Virus record (IMG/VR): IMGVR_UViG_3300028171_000090
Location: 96,001 to 160,000 of that record
Direction: 5' to 3' (one strand)
DNA length: 64,000 nt
Source of the DNA: a virus
Taxonomy: Duplodnaviria; Caudoviricetes
Shown: positions 8,742 through 18,267 of the stretch, in pieces
Layout: each line of letters starts with the position of its first letter
Position numbering within the stretch: position 1 is the stretch's first letter
The notes under the pieces: model-generated
Told to the model about the DNA's origin: nothing
The model's input: the letters and a program-made list of their open reading frames with translations, nothing else
Database searches by the model: none
Made by a program: the position numbers and the translations under genes

Positions 8742-11414
8742 ATGAAAGTCCTTTATTTAAAACTAAAGAACTATATAGGTATTTATAATGGAATGGGACT
8801 GAAGTCTATTGAGATAGATTTCACCAAGAGTGAGCATAAGTTTTATATTTATGCTGGAGCCAATGGTAGTGGAAAATCTACCATTCAGAATGAGATTCAA
8901 CCATTCGCAAAAGCTGGTGGGTCTCACATGCGATTTATACGTCCAGGGAAGAATGGATATAAAGAAATCCATATCAGTAAGGACGAAAATACTACGTACC
9001 TGATTAAGCATTACTTTGATGCAAAAGGGGATAAACATTCAACGAAGAGTTTCATTGCAAAACAGATTGGATTTGCAGACCCAGTTGAATTAAATGAGAA
9101 TGGTAATGTAACATCTTTTGAAGAATGTGTCTTCATGGAATTAGGAATTAATAGTGATTACTTGAACCTAATTCAGATGGGTGTTAACTTAAAGAATATC
9201 ATTGGAATGTCAGCAACTGAACGTAAGAAATATATTAGTCAATTTATTTCAGAAGCTGATATCTATTTGAAGATGTTTAAAAACATTAATACAAAAGCCC
9301 GAGAGTATAAAGGGGTTATCAAGAACTTAACGGATAAGTTAAATAAGCTAGATGATATATCTATCCTACAAGAAGATATTGAGATAGCTGAACGTAAGTT
9401 AGAGCAGTTACAAATAGAACGAGATAAGTTCCATGCTCAAATGAATAACGCTGTAGGAGCTATAGCAGCATTAGACCCGAATGGGATACTAGAAAGTGAG
9501 TATAATAAGCTCGTAACGGAGTTACGTCTAATCGATAGTTCAATTAAGGACTTAGAAATCATTGAGGGTCAAAGTGTATATCGTGCAGAATCCTTACAGG
9601 ATGCACAGAAGAAACTAACTTCATTGAATAAGTCTATTGCGTTAGATCAAGAATCAATTGAAAGAGAAACGAGTATCTTAAATAGTAAGCTGGAAGAGTT
9701 CCATACAATTCAGAACCAGATTACAGATTATCAATCTCAGTTATTCTCTATGAACGATTATAACTTAGAAGAGACTCGTAGTGTATATAGACAATATAAG
9801 AAAGCATACGATAACTTACAACATCGTATTCGAATCATGATTGATGAACCGACATTATCATCACAAGAGATTAAGTCTATCTATGGAACAGTTGACTCGA
9901 TTCAAGATAGTATTGATGCGATGCGTCAACGTGGTGAGAATGTCATCAATCTAGTTGGTACAAAACCAATGAGTGAATTACAACAAATGTATTTATATTC
10001 TAGCTCAGCATTAGAAAGAGCTGAGAAGGATTTAGCTGATATAGAACGTAAGCTGGCAGAGAATAAAGGTGCCGTTACACTAGCAAATACATTACAGCTT
10101 CGTCCAAAAGAATGTAAGATTGACACCTGTCCGTTTATACAAGAGGCGTTGTCTTCTATGCATTTAATTGAAGCTTATCATGCCAATGAGCGTCGTCAAG
10201 ACGAACTAAATCATGAAATAGAACGACTAGAGCAAGAACTTACATGGGTTGGAGAATGTATTGAGATGGAGCGAACTATTAAACAACTTCATGTACAATT
10301 AGGACGTCAAGCCCATATGATTAATCAAACGCGTAATCCCCATCTATTAGATAAAGATCATCTTATCAAATGCGTAAAGACTGGTAAGCCTTTATATAAT
10401 AAAGAGATGATGATACAAGAGATTGAGGATGCAGACACATTAAAAGAAATGAAAACATATGAAGAGAAAGTACCTATGTTAGAGAAAGAGTTAGAGCTAC
10501 TAGAATCTAATGATAGAATGGTACAATCTCTGAAGATGAATATCAATTTATTAGAGAAACAATCGCAACGTCTACAAGATGAGATTAAAGTATTGAAAGA
10601 TACGACAAATACTTCAGAAAGACGTTTACATCAGAATCAACTTCTCACACAAGGTATTGAAACAATGATGAGTACCTTAGAAGAGAAGGAAGAAATGATA
10701 CAAGAGAAAAGAAAGATTGAATCAAGTATTGTAAAGTATACGGATTCAATTAATAAGATTCATGCTTGTCGTATTGGGATTCAAACCAATCGAGAAGCGA
10801 TAGCTCCAATAGACTTCTCTATCTCTGAATTAAATAAACGTCGGGATAAACTTAAAATCAAAGAGAAGATGGCAAAACGATTTAAGAAAGAGAAAGATGC
10901 TTTAGAGAAAGACTATGTGGAGATTGAATTACTACGTACAGCTTTATCTGGTAATAAAGGTATCCCGATTGTATTCGTAGATATGTATTTACGTAAGACT
11001 CGGGTTATTGCAAATAAGATACTAGAGAAAGCATTTGATGGAAAACTGAAGTTAGATAAGTTTGAGATTAATGAGAAAGAGTTCCGTATTCCTTGCTCAG
11101 GTAAGGGAGAGAAGAACGGAGATATTAGCACGTGTTCTTCAGGTGAGAAAGCGATTATCGGTCTTGCCTTATGTTATGCATTATCGACACAAGCGTCTAG
11201 TAGTTATGATATCATGCTAGTAGATGAGTTAGATGCGACATTAGATAAGTATCATCGTCGATTATTCTTAGAGTTATTAGAGAAGATGGATACAGGTCAA
11301 TGTCATATCATCTCACATAATGATGCATTCTCTACTAAAGATGCCGGGCTTGTACTATTGTATAAGCATCAACTGGACAATTACAAAGAGAAGAACATAG
11401 TATATGAGTATTAG
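8742..11414 (+). CDS. sbcC: SbcC/Rad50 (T4 gp46-like) SMC ATPase
   Basis: Walker A GANGSGKS, long coiled coils, Zn hook CKIDTC, signature CSSGEK, Walker B LVDE, H-loop ISHN. Confidence 0.95.
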   Translation: MKVLYLKLKNYIGIYNGMGLKSIEIDFTKSEHKFYIYAGANGSGKSTIQNEIQPFAKAGGSHMRFIRPGKNGYKEIHISKDENTTYLIKHYFDAKGDKHSTKSFIAKQIGFADPVELNENGNVTSFEECVFMELGINSDYLNLIQMGVNLKNIIGMSATERKKYISQFISEADIYLKMFKNINTKAREYKGVIKNLTDKLNKLDDISILQEDIEIAERKLEQLQIERDKFHAQMNNAVGAIAALDPNGILESEYNKLVTELRLIDSSIKDLEIIEGQSVYRAESLQDAQKKLTSLNKSIALDQESIERETSILNSKLEEFHTIQNQITDYQSQLFSMNDYNLEETRSVYRQYKKAYDNLQHRIRIMIDEPTLSSQEIKSIYGTVDSIQDSIDAMRQRGENVINLVGTKPMSELQQMYLYSSSALERAEKDLADIERKLAENKGAVTLANTLQLRPKECKIDTCPFIQEALSSMHLIEAYHANERRQDELNHEIERLEQELTWVGECIEMERTIKQLHVQLGRQAHMINQTRNPHLLDKDHLIKCVKTGKPLYNKEMMIQEIEDADTLKEMKTYEEKVPMLEKELELLESNDRMVQSLKMNINLLEKQSQRLQDEIKVLKDTTNTSERRLHQNQLLTQGIETMMSTLEEKEEMIQEKRKIESSIVKYTDSINKIHACRIGIQTNREAIAPIDFSISELNKRRDKLKIKEKMAKRFKKEKDALEKDYVEIELLRTALSGNKGIPIVFVDMYLRKTRVIANKILEKAFDGKLKLDKFEINEKEFRIPCSGKGEKNGDISTCSSGEKAIIGLALCYALSTQASSSYDIMLVDELDATLDKYHRRLFLELLEKMDTGQCHIISHNDAFSTKDAGLVLLYKHQLDNYKEKNIVYEY

Positions 11415-11417
11415 AAG

Positions 11418-11449
11418 GTACATCCCACTCGGGATGTACTTATTTTTTT
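11418..11449 (+). terminator. Intrinsic terminator
   Basis: GTACATCCC-ACTC-GGGATGTAC plus T tract. Confidence 0.8.
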
Positions 11450-11458
11450 GTAGGAGGA

Positions 11459-11986
11459 ATGGAAATTATGAGAGCATTTGGAGCTTCAGGAGTGACAATG
11501 CCGTCACCCGACAAACTTACTATTTATTATAAAAGAGAAGCTTTAAGGGATTTAATATCAAAAGACCTTAATGCAAAAGAACGTCATAAGCAAGGAGACA
11601 AATTACTTAAATCTCTTGCTCATGCAACAGGAATGATTGATACTTGGGAACGGTTCAAGTTGAATCCGCTATATGAAGTGGAATATATTTTATATGGAAA
11701 TTGTGGACTATTAGGTTACTCTTATGATGGAGTACCAGTAGTATTTGATATAAATAAAAATGGTGCGTTTATGTTAGTAAAGTTTACAACTTACTTAGAT
11801 TGTGTAGCACCTGAAGAATTACGAGTAAGTGATATTATGGATTTAAACGCTGTATTCTTAGCGGAAGAACTCTTTATGGATTTGGGAATTGAACGTTGTG
11901 GAGAAACTGTATCGAAAGGTTATCCGACAGTATACATGATTTTACCTAGGACGTACCAGATACCAGACCCATATATAAAATCGTAA
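11459..11986 (+). CDS. Hypothetical protein
   Basis: AGGAGG RBS, 175 aa. Confidence 0.7.
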   Translation: MEIMRAFGASGVTMPSPDKLTIYYKREALRDLISKDLNAKERHKQGDKLLKSLAHATGMIDTWERFKLNPLYEVEYILYGNCGLLGYSYDGVPVVFDINKNGAFMLVKFTTYLDCVAPEELRVSDIMDLNAVFLAEELFMDLGIERCGETVSKGYPTVYMILPRTYQIPDPYIKS

Positions 11987-12002
11987 TAACAGTATCCTTG
12001 GC

Positions 12003-12021
12003 TATACATTATATCTGTGAG
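12003..12021 (+). promoter_or_regulatory. Early-type promoter
   Basis: TATACATTATA-TCT-GTGAG. Confidence 0.75.
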
Positions 12022-12057
12022 TATAGTTAGTACTCGTTAAATAAATAAGCTTCCCAG

Positions 12058-12169
12058 GATAGCAGGGACAAAAAGCATATGCTATCATGTGTCTTAAATA
12101 CAATACTGTAAAAAACAGTAGGGTATAGAAAAACTATTAGATAAGCATAGTATGTAAAAAGCATACTAT
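12058..12169 (+). promoter_or_regulatory. Structured 5' leader with four AAAAA-loop hairpins
   Basis: Loops at 12070, 12110, 12129, 12156; e.g. TACTGT-AAAAA-ACAGTA and ATAGTATGT-AAAAA-GCATACTAT abutting the AGGAGG RBS. Confidence 0.65.
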
Positions 12170-12186
12170 CAGGAGGAGAAACCGAA

Positions 12187-12696
12187 ATGACAATCACAAC
12201 AGTAGCTAGACCAGAAATGATGAAGGACATCGCGTTAGAGAATCAGAAGATTAATCTTTTAGAGTTAATCGTTCAGAAAGCTGAAGGGGATATCTCTACT
12301 ACATACCTAAAGAAAATCATTGATACTGTCGATGTAAGTTTAGGTTACATGGTACACGTAACTCGTGACCCAAAGGAATTTGAAAACACACTGACATTGC
12401 GTAACTATAATCGTTCAAATTCAGTATCAGGTTCTGAAGGAACTGAAGAGTTTGGACAATGCGTAATCGGTAATGAATTAGTATTTGGAACTCGTAAGAG
12501 TACAGAACATCACGGAATGTTTATTCCAAGTAAAACAACGTTTGATTTCGTTAAGCCTGAGTTTGATGAAACAAAAGTGAATGTCGTTACAATCCATCGA
12601 CATGTATGGAATAACTTGTCTGGTTCTGGAATTCCTGAATTTGACTCACATTATTTTATCCTAAATATCTATGTTCCCAGAATGGACTTAATGTAA
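12187..12696 (+). CDS. Hypothetical protein (early family ending ...IYVP)
   Basis: AGGAGG RBS; C-terminal FILNIYVP resembles ends of 51595..52086 and 52265..52726. Confidence 0.75.
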   Translation: MTITTVARPEMMKDIALENQKINLLELIVQKAEGDISTTYLKKIIDTVDVSLGYMVHVTRDPKEFENTLTLRNYNRSNSVSGSEGTEEFGQCVIGNELVFGTRKSTEHHGMFIPSKTTFDFVKPEFDETKVNVVTIHRHVWNNLSGSGIPEFDSHYFILNIYVPRMDLM

Positions 12697-12700
12697 ATGT

Positions 12701-12727
12701 ATAGAAGAGGAGATAATCCTCTTCTAT
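12701..12727 (+). terminator. Probable terminator hairpin
   Basis: ATAGAAGAGGA-GATAA-TCCTCTTCTAT; weak T tail. Confidence 0.55.
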
Positions 12728-12754
12728 CTATTATAATTTTTGGAGGGATAGCAC

Positions 12755-13249
12755 ATGAATACAGCACAGTTATTCATAACACAAGATATGGAATTTTCAA
12801 AGGATAAAATTAGACCTATAGATAATAACGAAATAAAGTTAAATAAACCGGTAGGAGGACTTTGGACATCAACTTTCCTGCAAACAGATTACTCATGGTG
12901 GTATCAATATTGTACAGATATCGGTTCACCATATTGGCAGAATACCCAGCACTACGGTCATGTCATTCATCCAAGAGAAGATGCTAGACTCTTATGTGTG
13001 ACAAAGAAAGAAATGGAACGTTTACTTGAACATTACTCCATAAGTGATGTATTATTAGATTATGAAAAATTGGCTAAAGATTATGATGGCATTTATTATT
13101 CGCCACAAATAATCAAGTATGATATGACGTATCAAGAAAGTCTATCATTCATGATTAATGATAACCCATTCTTCTATTGGGAATGTGAATCAATTCTTTG
13201 GTTAAACCCAGCATTTGATGTAAAGCAATCTATCAAGATAGCTAAGTAG
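12755..13249 (+). CDS. Hypothetical protein with ADP-ribosyltransferase-like motif spacing
   Basis: KPVGGLWTS, YDGIYY, WECESILWLNP follow the ART order G-x-aromatic-S/T ... YDGI ... E-hydrophobic-NP. Confidence 0.4.
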   Translation: MNTAQLFITQDMEFSKDKIRPIDNNEIKLNKPVGGLWTSTFLQTDYSWWYQYCTDIGSPYWQNTQHYGHVIHPREDARLLCVTKKEMERLLEHYSISDVLLDYEKLAKDYDGIYYSPQIIKYDMTYQESLSFMINDNPFFYWECESILWLNPAFDVKQSIKIAK

Positions 13250-13275
13250 TATAATAAAATACGGAGGTTTACAAA

Positions 13276-13818
13276 ATGAGTCTCTTATATACGAATGCAA
13301 GAAAGACCGTTATTTATAAAGTAAATAACGTTGATCGGATTTTATTTGATGTGGACTGGTTACAGATGAGGATGGGAGAAAGACATATCACCTTAGACGA
13401 ATGGACAAAAGAAGGAACGATTCGAGCAATAGAATCTTTCCCAGCTGTATTCGGAAAGCAAGTAGATCGAAAGATTGGCTTTGCTTCTATACAAGATTTC
13501 CTGAAAGCTAAATTTGAGTGTGATATGAAAGAACGGAAAATCGTTCCCGTCATACTTCACCCAAAGGATATTCGAACAACAAGTTTCACATACTTTGAGT
13601 TTGAAGGCACTTATAAGAAACCATATGTTTCATCATCAGGTGGAACATTTATCATGACATCCGAGAATCCTACACATCGTATTATTAGAACTCATTTGAA
13701 TCGAAGGTCGTTAGAGAAATTGATATTCGATGATCCAAGATTAGAAGCGGTGTTTTACAATATAAAAGAAGAATATCCAAAGCATACTATCGCTTATGCA
13801 ATCGTTCGGATATATTGA
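13276..13818 (+). CDS. Hypothetical protein
   Basis: GGAGG RBS, 180 aa. Confidence 0.7.
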   Translation: MSLLYTNARKTVIYKVNNVDRILFDVDWLQMRMGERHITLDEWTKEGTIRAIESFPAVFGKQVDRKIGFASIQDFLKAKFECDMKERKIVPVILHPKDIRTTSFTYFEFEGTYKKPYVSSSGGTFIMTSENPTHRIIRTHLNRRSLEKLIFDDPRLEAVFYNIKEEYPKHTIAYAIVRIY

Positions 13819-13831
13819 GGGAGAGAATATA

Positions 13832-14419
13832 ATGGCAGCTATTTATGTAAAATCATTTGATATAACACTTAACGGTGTTGCAAAAACACTTTATGTGGAA
13901 TTAAGTTCGGATAAGATTATCAGTTTAATTAATCATATTAAACGTTTAACACAAAAGATTACAGTTGACTCTTTAACTATTAGCAAGGGTCGATTCTTCA
14001 TTGAAGGTTCTTATGATGGTGAATCATTTGATTTCGATGAAGCTTTTGAATGTGCTTTATACCTAGGTGGTATTGCTCGACGAGCAATCTATGATATGGC
14101 TGAAACATTCGGTAAAGATCAATCTCGTGTAAATGGAGGATACATCATGTTATCAAGTAGTAACCTAATTGATGCGAATGATGAAATCTTATTCTCCATG
14201 ACACCAGGTTCAAATGAGATATATTCATATACAGCATTTGAATACGGTGGTGACCTTGATGATTATGTATACGTATACGACAATACAAATAAAATTGATA
14301 CATTATATACAATCGGTGAGTCTAACGTAGAGCGTTATGATGGTAAGCGCTGTAATCGAATTCATTTCATTAAACGAGTAAAAGCAGGTCATCCAATGGA
14401 TGAAATCACATTAAGCTAA
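13832..14419 (+). CDS. Hypothetical protein
   Basis: GAGGGAG RBS before ATG 13832. Confidence 0.7.
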   Translation: MAAIYVKSFDITLNGVAKTLYVELSSDKIISLINHIKRLTQKITVDSLTISKGRFFIEGSYDGESFDFDEAFECALYLGGIARRAIYDMAETFGKDQSRVNGGYIMLSSSNLIDANDEILFSMTPGSNEIYSYTAFEYGGDLDDYVYVYDNTNKIDTLYTIGESNVERYDGKRCNRIHFIKRVKAGHPMDEITLS

Positions 14420-14443
14420 AAACGTAACAAGAAGTAATATAAA

Positions 14444-14462
14444 GATACATTATATTAATGAG
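14444..14462 (+). promoter_or_regulatory. Early-type promoter
   Basis: GATACATTATA-TTA-ATGAG, followed by hairpin AGCATATA-CAAAA-TATATGCT. Confidence 0.65.
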
Positions 14463-14509
14463 CATATACAAAATATATGCTTCTAAATTATACTGAGGAG
14501 TGTTTAAAA

Positions 14510-15046
14510 ATGACAAACGAAACTAAGAATTTACCAGAAACAATGGACGAGGTTTTAACTGAATACGGAATGCCTACTGTGAAGATTACAGTAAGCACAC
14601 AAGCAATCAACGATGGGTTAGCAGAAATAGATTTACCTGCAATTAAAGAAGTTCGATTAGATGGTACAATCATTTTAGAAAATAAAGATATGCATTTTGG
14701 TCTATTCCAACTATTTAAAGACCTTAGTGAAATTGCAACGAGACATCATCCAGATTCATTAAGCTTTACAAAGCGTACTCGTATCCATCCAGGAAACTTT
14801 ATGGGAGTAAGTGGTCGTTGCACAAGAACTGAAATGGGAGAATTTATATTTGAAGCAACAGATCAAGATATTACACATATGATTATCCAAGTTGTTACTG
14901 GACCATCAGACGAAATTAAAGACTTTGATTACGGTTCTGCGAAACAGTTATACCGACATAATTATCAGTTAGGTGTACTAACAGCGCACTTTGCTATTCT
15001 TGAATTTGATCCTGAGATTATGAATGTAATTAAACCAATCTGGTAA
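14510..15046 (+). CDS. Hypothetical protein
   Basis: GAGGAG RBS before ATG 14510. Confidence 0.7.
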   Translation: MTNETKNLPETMDEVLTEYGMPTVKITVSTQAINDGLAEIDLPAIKEVRLDGTIILENKDMHFGLFQLFKDLSEIATRHHPDSLSFTKRTRIHPGNFMGVSGRCTRTEMGEFIFEATDQDITHMIIQVVTGPSDEIKDFDYGSAKQLYRHNYQLGVLTAHFAILEFDPEIMNVIKPIW

Positions 15047-15057
15047 GGAGATATAAT

Positions 15058-15213
15058 TTGTCAGACCTCAATAAGAAACTATTTGAACTTGAGAACTTAT
15101 TACTAGAATTTAAAATGAAACAATTAGAAGAGAAAAAGAACGAAGATAGAGACTTATCCATTACGGATAAGTCTAAAGAAGAAAGACCTAAACGTCTTTC
15201 TTTTTTTGTATAA
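15058..15213 (+). CDS. Small coiled-coil protein (51 aa), absent from ORF track
   Basis: AAGGAG RBS + TTG; MSDLNKKLFELENLLLEFKMKQLEEKK...; 3' end overlaps two hairpins. Confidence 0.5.
   Translation: MSDLNKKLFELENLLLEFKMKQLEEKKNEDRDLSITDKSKEERPKRLSFFV
15150..15207 (+). terminator. Tandem hairpins / terminator
   Basis: AGACTTATCC-ATTAC-GGATAAGTCT then AAGAAAGAC-CTAAAC-GTCTTTCTT plus T tract. Confidence 0.6.
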
Positions 15214-15256
15214 ATCTAGAAAAGTTTGACCATTATATTATACTATAAAGGGAGAG

Positions 15257-15832
15257 ATGAAAATGTTATATGAAAGAAAATTAGAAGATAAAGGTTTCCC
15301 AGAGATTACATTCGTGTACGAAACATCGGATGTAGAGGAGCTACAGAAGCTACCTGATACATTTAGAATTATTAAAGAAGATACTACAACTGGGAAGTTT
15401 ACAATAGAAGATTTAAAAATGCCTGGACGTGAGATCACATTGGGTGGATATGAGATTATCCAGCAATATGTAGCACCTATGTTAGCACAGGACTCTATGT
15501 TTAATTTCTTTAGTTCAATTAATCAAGTGTCTGCAACAATGGTATCTATCGTATTTGGCGATGCTACACAAAAAGGTGAAAAGATTGAATTTAAAACATC
15601 GACACAGCCATTCCATGTTATGGTAACAGTTCGTTGGGGTGGATTCACTTCTAACGATATTACGGATGTAGAGTGGCTTGGTAAATATGAGTCTGATTCT
15701 ACAGTTATCTATAATAAAACATATAAATCTGGAAGTGCGGTATTTGATAATGAAACAATGTTTATCATTGAACTACCAGAGTTCTATCTTGGTGGAATGG
15801 AATTTCTTGAAGATATTGAGATCGTACGATGA
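15257..15832 (+). CDS. Hypothetical protein
   Basis: AAGGGAG RBS; N-terminus resembles 15952..16572. Confidence 0.7.
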   Translation: MKMLYERKLEDKGFPEITFVYETSDVEELQKLPDTFRIIKEDTTTGKFTIEDLKMPGREITLGGYEIIQQYVAPMLAQDSMFNFFSSINQVSATMVSIVFGDATQKGEKIEFKTSTQPFHVMVTVRWGGFTSNDITDVEWLGKYESDSTVIYNKTYKSGSAVFDNETMFIIELPEFYLGGMEFLEDIEIVR

Positions 15833-15863
15833 GCTAGGGATTAATTTCCCTAGCTTTTTTTTT
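15832..15863 (+). terminator. Intrinsic terminator
   Basis: AGCTAGGGA-TTAATT-TCCCTAGCT plus T8. Confidence 0.8.
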
Positions 15864-15884
15864 CGTAATAAACGCTCTTATACA

Positions 15885-15903
15885 TATACATTATCATATT
15901 AGA
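15885..15903 (+). promoter_or_regulatory. Early-type promoter (variant)
   Basis: TATACATTATC-ATA-TTAGA. Confidence 0.55.
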
Positions 15904-15951
15904 CGTGTATAAAATACAAGTCACTATAAAGCCGAGGGAGAGAGTTATAAA

Positions 15952-16572
15952 ATGACAAAGTTTCACGAAAACGAACTGGCAGTAGAATTAAAGAATTTTG
16001 GGTTTAAAGGAGACTATCGTTTCATTATTGAACGTAAAGATGTCTCTAAAATGAGTGAATGGTCTGGTGCATTTGGTGTTAATAGTACTGCAAATGATGT
16101 TGTAGACATCAACGATGTAGCTACAGGGGAAAGACGCTATTTAGATGCATTTACGTTTATGAGACTATATTGGAGTCGATTAAATGACCATAACCCAGGA
16201 ATCGATTTCTGTTATGATAAAGGATTCGATGTAACAAAGGTAATGAGTATTGGAGTAGATGTACCGGAATATACTCTAGCTGACGTAAACATTGTTGGTT
16301 CTACAATAGTTGAAGTAGATCGAAATGTTATAGTGAGCGAATCAGATAACACACCTGACGTAACCGATATCAGATTGAATTTGGAAGACCCTAAATTCTT
16401 AATGTTTGTATTTGAATGGGGTACTGAACACACATTAGCACTACATTACTTACAGTATATCGTACATGCTAAAACAGTAACATCTGATGATAAGAATCTA
16501 TTATTAATTGTCGTACCAAATCAAGAAGTAACGTACAACAGAATCAGTCGCATCGGAAAGGTGGAACAATAA
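15952..16572 (+). CDS. Hypothetical protein
   Basis: GAGGGAG RBS, 206 aa. Confidence 0.7.
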   Translation: MTKFHENELAVELKNFGFKGDYRFIIERKDVSKMSEWSGAFGVNSTANDVVDINDVATGERRYLDAFTFMRLYWSRLNDHNPGIDFCYDKGFDVTKVMSIGVDVPEYTLADVNIVGSTIVEVDRNVIVSESDNTPDVTDIRLNLEDPKFLMFVFEWGTEHTLALHYLQYIVHAKTVTSDDKNLLLIVVPNQEVTYNRISRIGKVEQ

Positions 16573-16573
16573 C

Positions 16574-16993
16574 ATGGAAAATACAGAAAACATATATAGC
16601 TTTGATATTTCAACAAACTTAACAATAGCAGGTGTTTCAGAGGAGTATTTAGAAGCATTGCCTCAACATCCAGAAGTGTATACAGATACAGCGTTAGAAA
16701 CAATGTGCTTACGAAATGGAATTCCTATATCAAATGTTATTTCACTGGAGGGTGAGGTAACGATTGGTAAGAATAAACACGTTACATTTAGAGCGTTAAC
16801 AAAAGGTGCATATCAACGATTCATCAAAATTAACTGGGGTAGTCAATCTTCAATGTACCATGACTTTACAGTTGATATGGATGAATGCTATCATCTAACT
16901 ACAAGACGTGCAACACAGGAGCATCCTTATAATGAAACTTATATTGTAATCAATAATTATGCTCAAGTATTAAATTCAATTAATATTAGATAA
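16574..16993 (+). CDS. Hypothetical protein
   Basis: AAGGTGG RBS, abuts previous gene. Confidence 0.7.
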   Translation: MENTENIYSFDISTNLTIAGVSEEYLEALPQHPEVYTDTALETMCLRNGIPISNVISLEGEVTIGKNKHVTFRALTKGAYQRFIKINWGSQSSMYHDFTVDMDECYHLTTRRATQEHPYNETYIVINNYAQVLNSINIR

Positions 16994-17052
16994 ATAAAAA
17001 ATATAAACGGGTGTATCCAAAAGGTACACCCTTAAAAAGGGGAAAGGCTCAA

Positions 17053-17709
17053 ATGAGAAACGGATATTTAAAAAGACACTTTGATACACATAAAATTAGC
17101 TTATTGTCGGATAGTGCATCGGAAGATTTTAAAATACACATACCACATAAAGTAATTACAGCTATGCTAAGTGAATATGTGGAAGGTGTAAAAATTATTG
17201 ATAGTGTGAAAGCTCAATCCGTATCTATTACCTATATAGAGAATGGTAAGGTATGGAACAAAGAATATTATACACCACTAGATGTGCTGGAGGATGTCAT
17301 GCGTTTACGGAATGATGCGCTTTCAGAAGATATGTACGAGAACGGGATAAGTACGTACAACTACATTGAAGTAAGTGGGACGTTAGATGAATCTGGTGGA
17401 TGCTTTACTATTCAAGAAGAAGCTATTTGCTCAGACACATTATCTATTTTATACTATGTCAATTGCGGTATCGATAAAGAATATATTGATGCAACGAAAC
17501 CATGGGCTACATATGTGAATGATATGTTACCAACGTTTAGTTATGCAATGTATTTAGCAGGGGATAGAAAATGGGATGTCGGTGAATTAGTCACTGGATT
17601 AGAAGGTAGAGCAACACATCCAGATGAATCTGATGAGGAATATGCTAATTTAAGCACGGGGGAGTTTGACGAATTATTCGGTCCAAGCGGAAGCAAATGG
17701 AAACGATAA
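17053..17709 (+). CDS. Hypothetical protein, paralogue of 17757..18260
   Basis: AAGGGG RBS; IPHKVITAML/SVSITY/PLDVLE vs IAHDEIIAMI/SVTIAY/PLEVLE. Confidence 0.75.
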   Translation: MRNGYLKRHFDTHKISLLSDSASEDFKIHIPHKVITAMLSEYVEGVKIIDSVKAQSVSITYIENGKVWNKEYYTPLDVLEDVMRLRNDALSEDMYENGISTYNYIEVSGTLDESGGCFTIQEEAICSDTLSILYYVNCGIDKEYIDATKPWATYVNDMLPTFSYAMYLAGDRKWDVGELVTGLEGRATHPDESDEEYANLSTGEFDELFGPSGSKWKR

Positions 17710-17756
17710 GATAAAAAGTATATTAAAAAAATATACCTTAGAGGGAGACAAGTACG

Positions 17757-18260
17757 ATGGGAACACAGCCACATTTATTAAAATTGCTTTCTTCAAGTAC
17801 AGACTTAAAGGGGTTAGTATTAACTATTGCTCACGATGAGATAATTGCTATGATCCGTCGTGAGATTGCAGGTCATGTAAGGCTTACAGAATATGATAAT
17901 ACTAAGTCAGTCACAATTGCATATAATGATGGCGAATCAGGGGAGATTACTCATTGCTTTACTGGTCCATTAGAAGTATTAGAGTTTATAAAAGCAATGG
18001 AAACAAAGAACAATGAATTTGTCGATAACTACCGCTTTGATTTAATTGGAGCCAATGGTACATTCCAACCTATGAAAGAAGAGTTTGTCATTCATAGTTT
18101 AGGTACAGATAGCCTGTCTATTGCCTATCGTGCAAAAGATGGGGTAGCTAGTATCAAAGGACTTAAACCAAATCTATTTACTTCTAGACGATTAGGTACA
18201 GGAGGATTTAGAAACTTCCATAACATAATCGTTGATGCGGCAACCGATAAAGATTTGTAA
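17757..18260 (+). CDS. Hypothetical protein, paralogue of 17053..17709
   Basis: GAGGGAG RBS; shared motifs as above. Confidence 0.75.
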   Translation: MGTQPHLLKLLSSSTDLKGLVLTIAHDEIIAMIRREIAGHVRLTEYDNTKSVTIAYNDGESGEITHCFTGPLEVLEFIKAMETKNNEFVDNYRFDLIGANGTFQPMKEEFVIHSLGTDSLSIAYRAKDGVASIKGLKPNLFTSRRLGTGGFRNFHNIIVDAATDKDL

Positions 18261-18267
18261 TAAATGA

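Noticed and set aside
12058-12169. CRISPR-like mini-array or tRNA
   Set aside because: Stems differ in sequence with no constant repeat and spacer; no cloverleaf or T-loop consensus
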